Shown piece by piece: positions 21,966-32,451 of a stretch of DNA of 64,000 bases. The DNA is from Treponemataceae bacterium (lineage in GTDB: Bacteria; Spirochaetota; Spirochaetia; Treponematales; Rectinemataceae). The stretch spans positions 480,001 through 544,000 of the forward strand of contig CAXXHO010000005.1 in the NCBI GenBank assembly GCA_963667725.2, read 5' to 3'. A program made the translations under genes and the position numbers. Numbering within the stretch: the first letter of the stretch is position 1; every line of letters begins with the position of its first letter. A model generated the notes under the pieces. That model did no database searches and was not told where the DNA came from. It was given only the letters and a program-made list of their open reading frames with translations.

Positions 21966-22796
21966 TTAGAAGATTTTATCTAATAAAAATCTATTGCTAA
22001 ACCATTTTAATTTTAAAAATTGAACATCCAAATTCCTATTAATCTTTTCTAAACAAGGATAGTATGCCTTATGGAACTTATCACCAACAATTACTGTTTT
22101 AATTATTGATTCAATTGGTATTGAGATATCTATACCATTACGTACTTGTTTATCAATTAAAAGAAATCTATATTCTTTTTCATCTCTATAATCATCTTGT
22201 TTCATGAAAAATAATTTACTTGAGTATTTATTAATATATGATATAGCAAACTTATCAATTCCATTACCTATAATAGCATTTGTATCAACGATTGATGTTC
22301 CATATAATGAGCTTATATCAGAATAGTACTTTATTTTCTTATGATGAAAAGCATACGCCTCTGCTCCATATTTTTCAATTACCTTTTTTATAATTTCTTT
22401 TTTAGAAAGAACAAAACATAGACCTTCTTGATTTTCTCCGTACTGTGACCACATTCTTGTTTTTAAATACCCACAACTTGAAATCTCACCTTTACAATAA
22501 CTATTGGTACAAGTAGAAAAAAAATAAGCATTCTTAAGCATTATTGTTTCAAGTAACTTTTTTGCATCCCACCCGCATCGTGTTACTTCGTGACTTACAT
22601 CAATATTTGTTTGAATTCCAAGGAATCTTTTATTATATTCAAGCGGATCATTTGTATTAGAAAATATGCTAAACCTAATACTTTTTGTATCAAATATTTT
22701 TTCTAGAGCTGTCTTAACTTTTGTATAATGAAAGACTGAATCATCAGAATCAAGTAATGAGTAATTAATGCCATCAACTCTATCAAATAATTTCAT
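21966..22796 (-). CDS. DUF2971-like protein
   Basis: FHYT, NDPLE, MWSQYG..EGLC, K..DY.DEKEYR. Confidence 0.8.
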   Translation of the reverse strand: MKLFDRVDGINYSLLDSDDSVFHYTKVKTALEKIFDTKSIRFSIFSNTNDPLEYNKRFLGIQTNIDVSHEVTRCGWDAKKLLETIMLKNAYFFSTCTNSYCKGEISSCGYLKTRMWSQYGENQEGLCFVLSKKEIIKKVIEKYGAEAYAFHHKKIKYYSDISSLYGTSIVDTNAIIGNGIDKFAISYINKYSSKLFFMKQDDYRDEKEYRFLLIDKQVRNGIDISIPIESIIKTVIVGDKFHKAYYPCLEKINRNLDVQFLKLKWFSNRFLLDKIF

Positions 22797-22963
22797 ATTT
22801 TTATTCTTATGCGCGCCGAAGGCGTCCTTCTAACATTGGCTTAACCCTTAACGCCTGTTCCTGAGCGAAGCGAAGGATTGGCGTGGTTTTTGCGTGATCT
22901 TCAAGCAAAAACCATGACAAAAGGCGTTATAGGGTTGAAGCATTTGTTAGATGTCTTTTTTCA

Positions 22964-23590
22964 TTACCATGAATTAAGATGAATGTGATCCTTAATGTCC
23001 ATATTCACTTGTTTAAATACTTGCTCTTCTTCTTCTGGATATCCTAAAGCTAAATAGCACGGTAATTCATACTCTATTGGAATATTTAGTTCTTTCTTTA
23101 TATGAATTCTTTCTGCTTCAGAAGGTATTCTCGTTACGCCTTGAATGTTATAGCTAGAAGCTGCAATTAGAATATTCTCAATGCTACACCAGATTGATGC
23201 GAAGTAATTTAGCTCAGACAAGCTTTGGGGCTTTAAGAGATCCTTCCCTTGAAAGAAAAATGGTAATACTAACGTACTTGCCGTCAACAGCATTTTTCGC
23301 TGTAGCGGTATCGCATCAATATACATTTTCCTTTGCTCTTCATTTTTATATCCAACTTTATCTACAATCTTAGTTGCCTCATTAGTAGTTCTCTCTTTAG
23401 CAATCTTTTCAATAAGTTGTATTCTTTTATCAAGACCATCAATAATTACATATTCCCATTTCCTCATATGATCATTTGACGGTGCATGTAATCCTGCATC
23501 TAAAATAGTAGTAAGTATATCCGATGGAATTTTCTTTGAAGAAAAGCGTCGAGTAGTCTTCCTATTTTTAATTGCATCTAATGTTTCCAT
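22964..23590 (-). CDS. Nitroreductase family protein
   Basis: RKTTRRF, APSNDH, LALGYP. Confidence 0.9.
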   Translation of the reverse strand: METLDAIKNRKTTRRFSSKKIPSDILTTILDAGLHAPSNDHMRKWEYVIIDGLDKRIQLIEKIAKERTTNEATKIVDKVGYKNEEQRKMYIDAIPLQRKMLLTASTLVLPFFFQGKDLLKPQSLSELNYFASIWCSIENILIAASSYNIQGVTRIPSEAERIHIKKELNIPIEYELPCYLALGYPEEEEQVFKQVNMDIKDHIHLNSW

Positions 23591-23836
23591 ATATTCTCCA
23601 TATACTCAGGTATGTTAATTACATTTATGCTGAATAGTTCATCTCACTTTCAGGTTAACATAACTGATATTCGATTCAACATGTCTACTTTCGCGCCGAA
23701 GGCGTCCATCTAACATTGGCTTAACCCTTAACGCCTGTTCCTGAGCGTAGCGAAGGATTGGCGTGGTTTTTGCGTCATCTTCTCGCAAAAACCATGACAA
23801 AAGGCGTTATAGGGTTGAAGCATGTGTTAGGTGTCT

Positions 23837-24472
23837 TTAATTTATGATCTTTATATTTTTAGAAAAATCCAAGTAGTAGCCATATATCCATCCTTCAATA
23901 TTATTGTATTTTATTTTTATCCAATAGTCTTCAAAATCATTAATTTTTTCTATAGAATCACTTATTTCTATAGCTTGTATGGCTTTCCCTTTGTTTAATT
24001 TATCTATTACTTTCCCGTTTATATTAGGTAGATTTCTAATGTTAACGTGATCATCATTCACCACTGCATCAAGTACATTATATCCATTGACATTTACCCT
24101 ATCAATTTCTGTACAATTAGTCTGAATGTCATTACTTAAAAGCTTTAACGATATTAAATAGTATCTTGTTTTCTTATTTTTTGTATTACTATTCCAATCA
24201 TTTAGCTGCCATCGACCCTTTATTATAAGATTAACAGCCGTATTTGATGATTTGACTGCCATTATTGTTGGATACATTCCTGCATCTGATTCATAAATAA
24301 ATTTTAAATAAGTACCATCTACATATAAAGTACCTACATAGTCTTTTAATCCATCAGGACGTACAATTAGATCATATTTTTTATATACTAGCGTTTTGTA
24401 TATTTGAGAATCCTGAGGATATAGTTGATCACTAACAATTAGCATAATGATTATTACAAATATTTTTTTCAT
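23837..24472 (-). CDS. Secreted SH3b-domain protein
   Basis: Signal peptide; VNIRNLPN...WIKI...EGWIYGYYL. Confidence 0.8.
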   Translation of the reverse strand: MKKIFVIIIMLIVSDQLYPQDSQIYKTLVYKKYDLIVRPDGLKDYVGTLYVDGTYLKFIYESDAGMYPTIMAVKSSNTAVNLIIKGRWQLNDWNSNTKNKKTRYYLISLKLLSNDIQTNCTEIDRVNVNGYNVLDAVVNDDHVNIRNLPNINGKVIDKLNKGKAIQAIEISDSIEKINDFEDYWIKIKYNNIEGWIYGYYLDFSKNIKIIN

Positions 24473-24592
24473 ACATTTCCTGCGCGATAGCGTCCACCTA
24501 ACATTGGCTTAACCTTTAAATCCGCGCCTGAGCGAAGCGAAGGCTTGGCATGGTTTGTGCATTGTTGTTCTGCACAAACCATGCCAAAGGAT

Positions 24593-25147
24593 TTATAAGG
24601 TTGAAGCAGTTGTTAGGTTTATTTCTTTACAATATTTTTCAATTATGCTTACAAATTTTTTAATATCACTATTATTTCTATAACATAATAATGTATAAGA
24701 TTTTATCTTAGAATTCTCATTATCATTAATAAACTTATTAATTTCATTTTCGATATATTTTAATTGTCTCTCTTTTGATGATCTTTCTTCATTTGTCTTG
24801 CTAACATCAATTAGTTGAAAATAGCCAATTTTTTCAGAATAATTATATTCCTCGACATATCTTATATAAATACTAGAAAAGTATGATGTATAAAATTTAC
24901 CAAATATTTTTGTTGGACTTATACCAGATTCTTCTACCTCGATAATTGCATTTATTTTATTATCGTTTACAATTGCAGCATCTATTTTACACATTATATT
25001 TTCTCTATTTTTTTTATTTATAAATAAAGAAATATGTTGATCACCACCACATGCTGGATCTAGTAGTACTTTATAAGGAAACAAAAAAACTTCTTCTAAT
25101 TGTTCGCCAACTTTAGAATGTAATTGATGTTTTTCATTATTACTCAT
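24593..25147 (-). CDS. Hypothetical protein, possible PD-(D/E)xK nuclease fold
   Basis: KIDAAIV...IIEVEES. Confidence 0.5.
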   Translation of the reverse strand: MSNNEKHQLHSKVGEQLEEVFLFPYKVLLDPACGGDQHISLFINKKNRENIMCKIDAAIVNDNKINAIIEVEESGISPTKIFGKFYTSYFSSIYIRYVEEYNYSEKIGYFQLIDVSKTNEERSSKERQLKYIENEINKFINDNENSKIKSYTLLCYRNNSDIKKFVSIIEKYCKEINLTTASTL

Positions 25148-25162
25148 TTTAATTTACAGCTA

Positions 25163-25384
25163 TTAATTCTCTAGCCATGGTAATTCATCATCAGGTCCAT
25201 AAATATAATCATTTAGTATATAAAATTGACCATTACATTTTGGACCATAAATATAATTATTTACTATATAATATAAACCACTATTTTTAGGTCCATATAT
25301 ATAATTAGATTTAATATAGAATTGTCCTGACATTTTTGGCCCATAAATGTATCCATTCTTAATGTAATACTGTCCTGAACTCAT
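25163..25384 (-). CDS. Small four-repeat beta protein
   Basis: Four 16-aa repeats GQ(F/Y)YIxxxYIYGP. Confidence 0.75.
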   Translation of the reverse strand: MSSGQYYIKNGYIYGPKMSGQFYIKSNYIYGPKNSGLYYIVNNYIYGPKCNGQFYILNDYIYGPDDELPWLEN

Positions 25385-25560
25385 TTAATACCCCTTATTT
25401 TTTTGTGCCATATTATTTATTAATTTTGGCGCGAAGCGTCAACCTAACATTGGCTTAACCCTTAACGCCTGTTCCTGAGCGTAGCGAAGGATTGGCGTGG
25501 TTTTTGCGTCATCTTCTCGCAAAAACCATGACAAAAGGCGTTATAGGGTTGAAGCGTTTG

Positions 25561-26421
25561 TTAGATTTCGTATTCTAACATGTCATATGCTATTTTAATA
25601 TTTTTACCTGTAATCTCAGAACAATATATACTCAATCTCTCGCCCATTTCAAAATTAACACCATCTGGTTCTTCAACATGGCCTAGTATGAATTGCTTAC
25701 TATTTAATGTTCTTATATACTCAAGAGTCTCTAATATTGTTTGTTCATCTTCTAGTACTGGATGATTTTGGTCAATGTTCCGCTCTTTAGTTATCGGGTT
25801 AACATCAACAACACCTAGCGGCAAATATATCAGATCATAAATAGTGTCATATATCTCTCGCTTAGGAATCCAAAACTTAAGTTCGTCCATTATGACCAAT
25901 ATTCTCTTTCCAAAACCAGCAATGTCATAGCCAAATGAATAATCCTGACCTAACTGAACAGGTGTTACTCTATAGCCATCAAATTCATAGCTTTTAGAAT
26001 TTGGAATTACTTCTAACTTTATTAAGCCTGTGTATGCTAAAAAATCAAGATGACTTTTTATACCCAAACATTTAGAAAATGTTTCAGCTATCTTCTCAGT
26101 TAAGACAACATTAGTAATTTTATTTTTTGCTGGATAATTTTTCCAATCTTTATTCATCTCAAATATTCTCTTCCCAGAAGTATGATCAGGATGCCAATGA
26201 GAATAAAAACATACGGCTATATGGCTCACCTTTGATCGGTTCAGTTGAATAAATATTTCTTCAGGCGTATCAATTAGAATATCAGGACCATGAATAAACA
26301 CGCTAGGCCCGAAGCGTGAGTTCTTTGGATCTCCTAATCGAGCTTCGGTGCATGATTTGCATGTACAAAAAGGTTTTGGTGTGGTTACAGCGCCACCAGA
26401 TCCCAGGACTTCAAGTCTCAT
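25561..26421 (-). CDS. MBL-fold metallo-hydrolase (PhnP-like)
   Basis: LGSGG, CxCxxC, SHWHPDH. Confidence 0.88.
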   Translation of the reverse strand: MRLEVLGSGGAVTTPKPFCTCKSCTEARLGDPKNSRFGPSVFIHGPDILIDTPEEIFIQLNRSKVSHIAVCFYSHWHPDHTSGKRIFEMNKDWKNYPAKNKITNVVLTEKIAETFSKCLGIKSHLDFLAYTGLIKLEVIPNSKSYEFDGYRVTPVQLGQDYSFGYDIAGFGKRILVIMDELKFWIPKREIYDTIYDLIYLPLGVVDVNPITKERNIDQNHPVLEDEQTILETLEYIRTLNSKQFILGHVEEPDGVNFEMGERLSIYCSEITGKNIKIAYDMLEYEI

Positions 26422-26573
26422 ATGTTCCTCAGTAATTCCGTAAATCTAACATTGGCTTGACCCTTAACACCTGCTCCTGAGCGAAGCGAAGGATTGGCGT
26501 GGTTTGTGCATTGTTGTTCTGCACAAACCATGACAAAAGGCGTTATAGGGTCGAAGCATTTGTTAGGCGAAAA

Positions 26574-27149
26574 TTAGTACAACATTCCTTTGTAATTATT
26601 CTTTATGGCTTCAATAATTTTTTCTTTTCTTTTTCTTCGTGTCTCTTCAGTTTTTGCATCACAATAAAATCCCGCTAGTTGCTTCTGCCTAGAAGGTGTA
26701 GTGTTCTCAAATATTTTCAATGTATCATTTTCCATGCTCAACACATCTTTTAGCTTTTTAATATTGGCAGCGTGTATACTATTCTTATCTAAAACCTCAT
26801 TTTTCTTATCATCAGTTTGATATGCTTCTATTCCAGATTCTGTAATTAATCCTTTATCTTTAAGTCCTTTATAGATTGCTTTATTCTTTTCAGACCACTT
26901 CTTTTTATCAATCCTTCTTGAGAAGTACTTTTTATACTTTGTTTCATCTATTGACTTCATTAGCCCATCAATCCAACCAAAACAAATTGCCTCTTCCAAA
27001 GCATCATTTGAAGTAAAATCTTTGCTTCTTTTTGAAAAAACAATCCAAATGCCACTTAAAGAACTATGGTTGATTTCAAGCCATATTCTAAAAGCTTTTC
27101 TATTTTCAAATTGAATAATTGAACTAGTACTATTCATCATAATTATCAC
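26574..27149 (-). CDS. YdeI/OmpD-associated family protein
   Basis: DALEEAICFGWIDG, WSEKNK, AKTEETR. Confidence 0.88.
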   Translation of the reverse strand: MIIMMNSTSSIIQFENRKAFRIWLEINHSSLSGIWIVFSKRSKDFTSNDALEEAICFGWIDGLMKSIDETKYKKYFSRRIDKKKWSEKNKAIYKGLKDKGLITESGIEAYQTDDKKNEVLDKNSIHAANIKKLKDVLSMENDTLKIFENTTPSRQKQLAGFYCDAKTEETRRKRKEKIIEAIKNNYKGMLY

Positions 27150-27286
27150 CTAACTTGAATATATTTAATTAGCGCGCGAAGCGCGTCCGCCTAACATTGG
27201 CTTAACCTTTAAATCCGCGCCTGAGCTACTGCGAAGGCTTGGCGTGGTTTGTGCATGGGATTTCTGCACAAACCATGACAAAGGAT

Positions 27287-27847
27287 TTATAAGGTTGAAG
27301 CGGTTGTTGGATGCTTCTTCTTCTCTTCTTTACTCTTCTCTATTATGTCTTCAAAGAACCATTTGTATTCATTCTCTTTTACTTCAACATACTTCTCTCT
27401 ATTATTTTCACCATATCTTCTTATAATGTCATTTTTTATACTATTGTATTGATCTACTGCTTCTTTATGATTTCGTAAGTAATCCCTAAATAAAATATGC
27501 TTTCGAAACTCTAAATTATCTGAAGCACAGACATATAAATGATGTTGTATTGTATCTAAAGCTCCCAATTTATTTATTCTGTCTCTTTTAAATGCTTCTC
27601 TCCCTGGTATACCCTGGTCCCCACAATAGACGTATCCAATATTCTCTAGTTCAGTTTTTATCTGTAATAAATCATCCTTTTTATTTATCTCTATATCTAT
27701 ATCAATAATTGGCTTTGCAAACATTCCTTTTATTGATGTACTACCGACATGCTCAATTCTGACATATGACTTTAGGCTTTTTTTTAATACTTCTTTTATT
27801 ATTTCAAATTGTTTTGGCCATTTAACATTATACTCTTCAATGAGCAT
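27287..27847 (-). CDS. GrpB family protein
   Basis: IEHVGSTSI..AKPIIDID, FRDYLR. Confidence 0.9.
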   Translation of the reverse strand: MLIEEYNVKWPKQFEIIKEVLKKSLKSYVRIEHVGSTSIKGMFAKPIIDIDIEINKKDDLLQIKTELENIGYVYCGDQGIPGREAFKRDRINKLGALDTIQHHLYVCASDNLEFRKHILFRDYLRNHKEAVDQYNSIKNDIIRRYGENNREKYVEVKENEYKWFFEDIIEKSKEEKKKHPTTASTL

Positions 27848-28012
27848 CTATCACCTTCTCTATGATTTTGGCGCCGAAGGCGTCCATCCAACATTGGCTT
27901 AACCCTTAACGCCTGCTCCTGAGCGAAGCGAAGGATTGGCGTGGTTTTTGCGTGATCTTCTCGCAAAAACCATGACAAATGGCGTTATAGGGTTGAAGCT
28001 TTTGTTAGCTAT

Positions 28013-28387
28013 TTATTCTTTCTCAAAATATTTTACTGATTTCAAATCTTTAAAATGCTTATCTTGTGTCCATAAGGTTGCATTATATTTTTTATTTATT
28101 GCATAGATGATACTATCAGCCATTGCTAGTTTATTCTCTTTACCAATCTTTGCTGCATAGATTGCCAAGTCAGTATCAAGATTTACCACATTACCCTGTT
28201 TCATATGAGCAATTGCGAATATTGCTTTATCTTCATCTAATTCAATTATCAATTTCTTGAATACTTCATAGATAGTAATTGAAGGAACAAGGAGATGTTC
28301 AATATCCTCAATTATTGATGATACTTTTTCTCCTACATGACTTCCTTTGAAGTATTCAAGCCAACATGATGAATCTACAATATTCAT
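28013..28387 (-). CDS. vapC: Type II TA toxin, VapC/PIN
   Basis: VDSSCWLEY, MADSII, WTQDKHF. Confidence 0.9.
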   Translation of the reverse strand: MNIVDSSCWLEYFKGSHVGEKVSSIIEDIEHLLVPSITIYEVFKKLIIELDEDKAIFAIAHMKQGNVVNLDTDLAIYAAKIGKENKLAMADSIIYAINKKYNATLWTQDKHFKDLKSVKYFEKE

Positions 28388-28590
28388 ATTCTATCTTCTT
28401 CTCTTTGAATATCTGTATTGATCCCTTTAAAAGCTCCTTTCAGTTTCTTCATTGGTACAATTGGAACAAGTTCAATTCTTGATCCATAGGTAATGACTTC
28501 AAGCTTGGCTCCAACATTCAATCCAATGGTTTCTCTTATTTCTTTTGGTATAACTACTTGGAACTTACTTGATATGGTTACTGTTTTCAT
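28384..28590 (-). CDS. vapB: AbrB/MazE-type antitoxin
   Basis: ISSKFQVVIPKEIR; overlaps toxin start. Confidence 0.88.
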   Translation of the reverse strand: MKTVTISSKFQVVIPKEIRETIGLNVGAKLEVITYGSRIELVPIVPMKKLKGAFKGINTDIQREEDRI

Positions 28591-28608
28591 CGATAGCCTC
28601 CTCGTCTT

Positions 28609-28637
28609 ACTATACCACTATCGATAAGAATTGTCAA
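28609..28637 (-). promoter_or_regulatory. sigma70 promoter of TA cassette
   Basis: TTGACA-17-TATAGT. Confidence 0.8.
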
Positions 28638-28800
28638 ATCTTCTTATTTTGGGGCGCCGAAGGCGTCCAGCTAACATTAGCTTAACCCTTAACGCCTGCT
28701 CCTGAGCGAAGCGAAGGATTGGCGTGGTTTTTGCGTGATCTTTTAGCAAAAACCATGACAAAAGGCGTTATAGGGTTGAAGCATTTGTTAGAAATCTTTT

Positions 28801-29178
28801 TTATGGCTCGAATCTTTTGCACTCAATATTTGGAATATATTTATAGTGTTTGTCATTCGCTGTTAAGAGTGTTTCACTCGTTTGAACAACAGTTGCAGCT
28901 ATTAGTGCATCTGCTAACATCATCGAATGACTAAGTGAATATTCTTGTATATAGAATATTGCTCTTGATGAAATTTCTTTATCTATTTGTATGATATCAA
29001 TATTCCATTTTTGTATCTGCTTTTGAAAAATCCTAAACTCTTCTTTATTCTTCATCCCTTGGATAAGTTCCATATAGGTTACAGCTGATACTGAAAATGG
29101 AATATTTGCTTCAACTACTTTCTTAGCCTTCTCGTTTCCACGGAGGTACCATATTAGGACATCAGTATCAATAATCAA
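28801..29178 (-). CDS. vapC: Type II TA toxin, VapC/PIN
   Basis: IDTDVLI, LADALIAAT, LTANDKHY. Confidence 0.9.
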   Translation of the reverse strand: MIIDTDVLIWYLRGNEKAKKVVEANIPFSVSAVTYMELIQGMKNKEEFRIFQKQIQKWNIDIIQIDKEISSRAIFYIQEYSLSHSMMLADALIAATVVQTSETLLTANDKHYKYIPNIECKRFEP

Positions 29179-29417
29179 AATGAACGTCCTTTTCGAAGTT
29201 CGCGAACCGATTCTTCGACAGTCTTTTCATCTTTCCTTTTGTTCCACATACCAAAGAATCCATTATCTTCTTGCATGGAAACACTATCTTTCTTATGAAT
29301 AGGAACTATTTTTGCTAGCGCTTTCCCTCTAAAAGTAACAGTAACTTCTTGTCCATTAACAACTTGATCTATTATTTTACCAGGCTGAATTCTTAGTTCT
29401 TTCGTCGTTATCTTCAT
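29175..29417 (-). CDS. Phd/YefM-type antitoxin
   Basis: ITTKELR...VTVTFRGKALAKIVP. Confidence 0.85.
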   Translation of the reverse strand: MKITTKELRIQPGKIIDQVVNGQEVTVTFRGKALAKIVPIHKKDSVSMQEDNGFFGMWNKRKDEKTVEESVRELRKGRSF

Positions 29418-29441
29418 GGTTTCCTCCAGTATACACTTCAT

Positions 29442-29470
29442 AGTATACACTACAAAACACCACTAATCAA
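29442..29470 (-). promoter_or_regulatory. sigma70 promoter of TA cassette
   Basis: TTGATT-17-TATACT. Confidence 0.7.
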
Positions 29471-29621
29471 GTCTTTTAATATTCTTCCTGCGCGGGAGCG
29501 TCTTTCTAACATTGGCTTAACCCTTAACGCTTGTTCCTGAGCGAAGCGAAGGATTGGCGTGGTTTTTGCGTCATCCTCGAGCAAAAACCATGACAAAAGG
29601 CGTTATAGGGTTGAAGCATGT

Positions 29622-30196
29622 GTTAGCTATCTTCTCTTAACTCTATTTAGATATGTTTTATTACTATAATCGTCATGATTATATTTTTTCTTTTGGCTCT
29701 TTATATCGCCAAACATAATAAAAGACTGTTCGGTAGCCGTAACATACTCGATCAGCCAAACTCGGTTATTATGTTATATTGATATAACTTTGAAAGCAAG
29801 AATATTATGATATTCTTACGTGGCACAAAATTATAAAGCTTTTAAATCTTTTAATATCTATTTATACTATATGTTTTTATCCTTCTTCATATACAATAGT
29901 TTTATTTCTCAAAACTCTTCATTATTGTTTTTATAGATCTAGTGATTCAAAGAATTGAAGCTCATCTGAATCGGTTTTCAATAAGCTTTAAAATATTATA
30001 GATTTCATATATTCGCAACACAATAAAAAAGCCTGCGAACTCCTTATGGAATACACAGGCCTAATACTACTTGGAATGTTAAAAAATATATTAACGATTA
30101 CAAATGCTATTGATTTGTACTACTATGATTGACCATTGCCGTATAACTTTTTACTAAGGATTTAATATTCTTCCTGCGCGGGAGCGTCTAGCTAAC
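29622..30196. other. Unique gene-less cassette (575 bp)
   Basis: Complementary ends GTTAGCTA/TAGCTAAC; no ORF of 60 aa or more. Confidence 0.8.
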
Positions 30197-30324
30197 ATTG
30201 GCTTAACCCTTAACGCCTGTTCCTGAGCGTAGCGAAGGATTGGCGTGGTTTGTGCATTGTTGTTCTGCACAAACCATGACAAAAGGCGTTATAGGGTTGA
30301 AGCAGTTGTTAGATTTCTTCATCT

Positions 30325-30822
30325 TTATATCTTTTTTTTCCCTATATTATTCATTATTAATATAATTTCATTTTTTTCATATGAATTTAGATTAATATCA
30401 AATGCTCCTTTTTCTTTATGTATTATCCGTAATCCATTTTCCAATTCTTGGTATTTCTCTATTCTACTCCATTCCGCAGAATAATTAAGAAAAACTACAC
30501 CATTTGAATAAAATCCACTATTCTTTGATTCAATATAGATTCTTAAAGGGTCAATAAAAACTAAACTTCCAAAAATTATTATTCCTAATTTTTCAAAAAG
30601 TGTTTGTTGTAGAAAAGCAGAACAAAATATAATTATGCTAATAATACTTGGATATATTATTTGAGAATAACTTGAATCAACTCTTAATATAATTTTACTT
30701 CTTTTTACAACATTAATTATTTTTAGGCTTTTTATAGACGTAATAGAACCACTAAAAAATATTGATATAATAATAATTGCAGTTACAATTTTTGCAATAT
30801 TAATTAGCATATTTTTTCCCAT
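30325..30822 (-). CDS. Membrane protein (three TM plus soluble tail)
   Basis: Hydrophobic segments. Confidence 0.7.
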   Translation of the reverse strand: MGKNMLINIAKIVTAIIIISIFFSGSITSIKSLKIINVVKRSKIILRVDSSYSQIIYPSIISIIIFCSAFLQQTLFEKLGIIIFGSLVFIDPLRIYIESKNSGFYSNGVVFLNYSAEWSRIEKYQELENGLRIIHKEKGAFDINLNSYEKNEIILIMNNIGKKKI

Positions 30823-31111
30823 ATATTTTCTATCCCTGCGCGATTCGTCACTCTAACATTGGCATTAATAGGTTTAGTATGTATCTTTTTGCGCCAGAGG
30901 CGTCAATCTAACATTGGCTTAACCCTTAACGCCTGCTCCTGAGCGAAGCGAAGGATTGGCGTGGTTTTTGCATTGTTGTTCTGCAAAAAACATGACAAAA
31001 GGCGTTATAGGGTTGAAGCATTTGTTAGAAACCTTCCCCTTGTGTCTCTCAAGGTTTTTTATTATTGTCTTCAATAAATCTCTTATTATTTATGTTCTTA
31101 GTTTCTTATCT

Positions 31112-31462
31112 TTATTCAATAATATCTTCTTTATTCTCATATTCAATATAGTCTTCTCTTCTCGGGCTAAAGACTTCTATAGCTACTGAATCTTCAAGTA
31201 TTTCTGCCTTATGTTTAACATTTGATAAAATTGTCCAACTATCACCAGGATGTAATACTTTAGATTTTCCATCTATAAAGAGCCTAATGCTGCCTTTTAC
31301 GAGATATCCAGTTTGTTCATTTATATGCTTATGTTCAGGAAGTGCAGCATCTTTATTAAGTAAGAATTCAACAAGTAATGAATTTTCTCCATAGCTAAGA
31401 GTCTTAATGCTTATACCAGGGATGATTTCTTTGTATCCATTTCTCGATGCAATGCCGAACAT
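31112..31462 (-). CDS. Cupin domain protein (copy 2)
   Basis: Near-identical to 10326. Confidence 0.9.
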   Translation of the reverse strand: MFGIASRNGYKEIIPGISIKTLSYGENSLLVEFLLNKDAALPEHKHINEQTGYLVKGSIRLFIDGKSKVLHPGDSWTILSNVKHKAEILEDSVAIEVFSPRREDYIEYENKEDIIE

Positions 31463-31669
31463 ATGCTTTTCTCCATCATGTTGATTAATAATTACTGCAA
31501 TGAAATATAAATATTCTTCCTGCGCGGGAGCGTCTTTCTAACATTGGCTTAACCTTTAAAGCCTGGCCCGAGCGGCGTTGCGTAGCAACGATGCGAGGGA
31601 TTGGCGTGGTTTTTGCGTGATCTTCTCGCAAAAACCATGACAAAAGGCTTTATAAGGTTGAAGCAGTTG

Positions 31670-31966
31670 TTAGGCGAAAGTTTTTTCTCTTTTACCCTTA
31701 TGACTATTTTCTTCAAGTTTCCCTGTTACGTACTTATGTAAAATGCTAGTTACTAATGTCTGATATGGAATTCCTTCTTCTAATGCTCTTGTTTTTAAAG
31801 CTTCCACATCTCTTTTTGATATCCTCACATTTATCCTATAGTCTTTAATTGCAGTTTCTGAGGCCGCAGTAATTAACTTCTTTTTCATCTCTTCAAGGTT
31901 TTCTATACTCTTCCATTCTCCATTCTCTATGGATTCAATGATCTCTTTATCTTCTTTGGTATTCAT
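31670..31966 (-). CDS. Antitoxin (BrnA/CopG-like RHH)
   Basis: RINVRISKRD..LK.RA.EEGIPYQTL. Confidence 0.82.
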   Translation of the reverse strand: MNTKEDKEIIESIENGEWKSIENLEEMKKKLITAASETAIKDYRINVRISKRDVEALKTRALEEGIPYQTLVTSILHKYVTGKLEENSHKGKREKTFA

Positions 31967-32244
31967 ATGCTTCCTCCAAGTTTATACTGCTTTGTATATT
32001 TCCTGCTCGGATATAATGTCTTTAAAAAGAAATTACCATTTGATTCTGCTACACAGGGAATACAAAAAGCATAATCTTCTATCTCTACCACTAATATTAT
32101 TTGATTCCTATACTTCTCTTTATTTGGATGCTCTAATACATCAAGCAAATGCCCTTCTTCAATCGCAACGACTATTCTTTCAAAAGACACCCCTCTTTCT
32201 TGTTTTAAGAGAACATTCTTTTCTTCATTCCAATAGAAACTCAT
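31963..32244 (-). CDS. BrnT-like toxin
   Basis: FYWNEEKN.LLK.ERGVSFE. Confidence 0.82.
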   Translation of the reverse strand: MSFYWNEEKNVLLKQERGVSFERIVVAIEEGHLLDVLEHPNKEKYRNQIILVVEIEDYAFCIPCVAESNGNFFLKTLYPSRKYTKQYKLGGSI

Positions 32245-32250
32245 ATTATA

Positions 32251-32279
32251 AACATATTCCTATGTATGCCTTTTGTCAA
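32251..32279 (-). promoter_or_regulatory. sigma70 promoter of TA cassette
   Basis: TTGACA-17-TATGTT. Confidence 0.7.
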
Positions 32280-32451
32280 CATTCCAAGCAAAGTCAACTA
32301 TAAAATTCACTATTTCCTTTTATTATATATTCTTGCGCGCGCGAGCGCGTCCGCCTAACATTGGCTTAACCCTTAACGCCTGCTCCTGAGCGAAGCGAAG
32401 GATTGGCGTGGTTTTTGCGTGATCTTCTCGCAAAAACCATGACAAAAGGCG

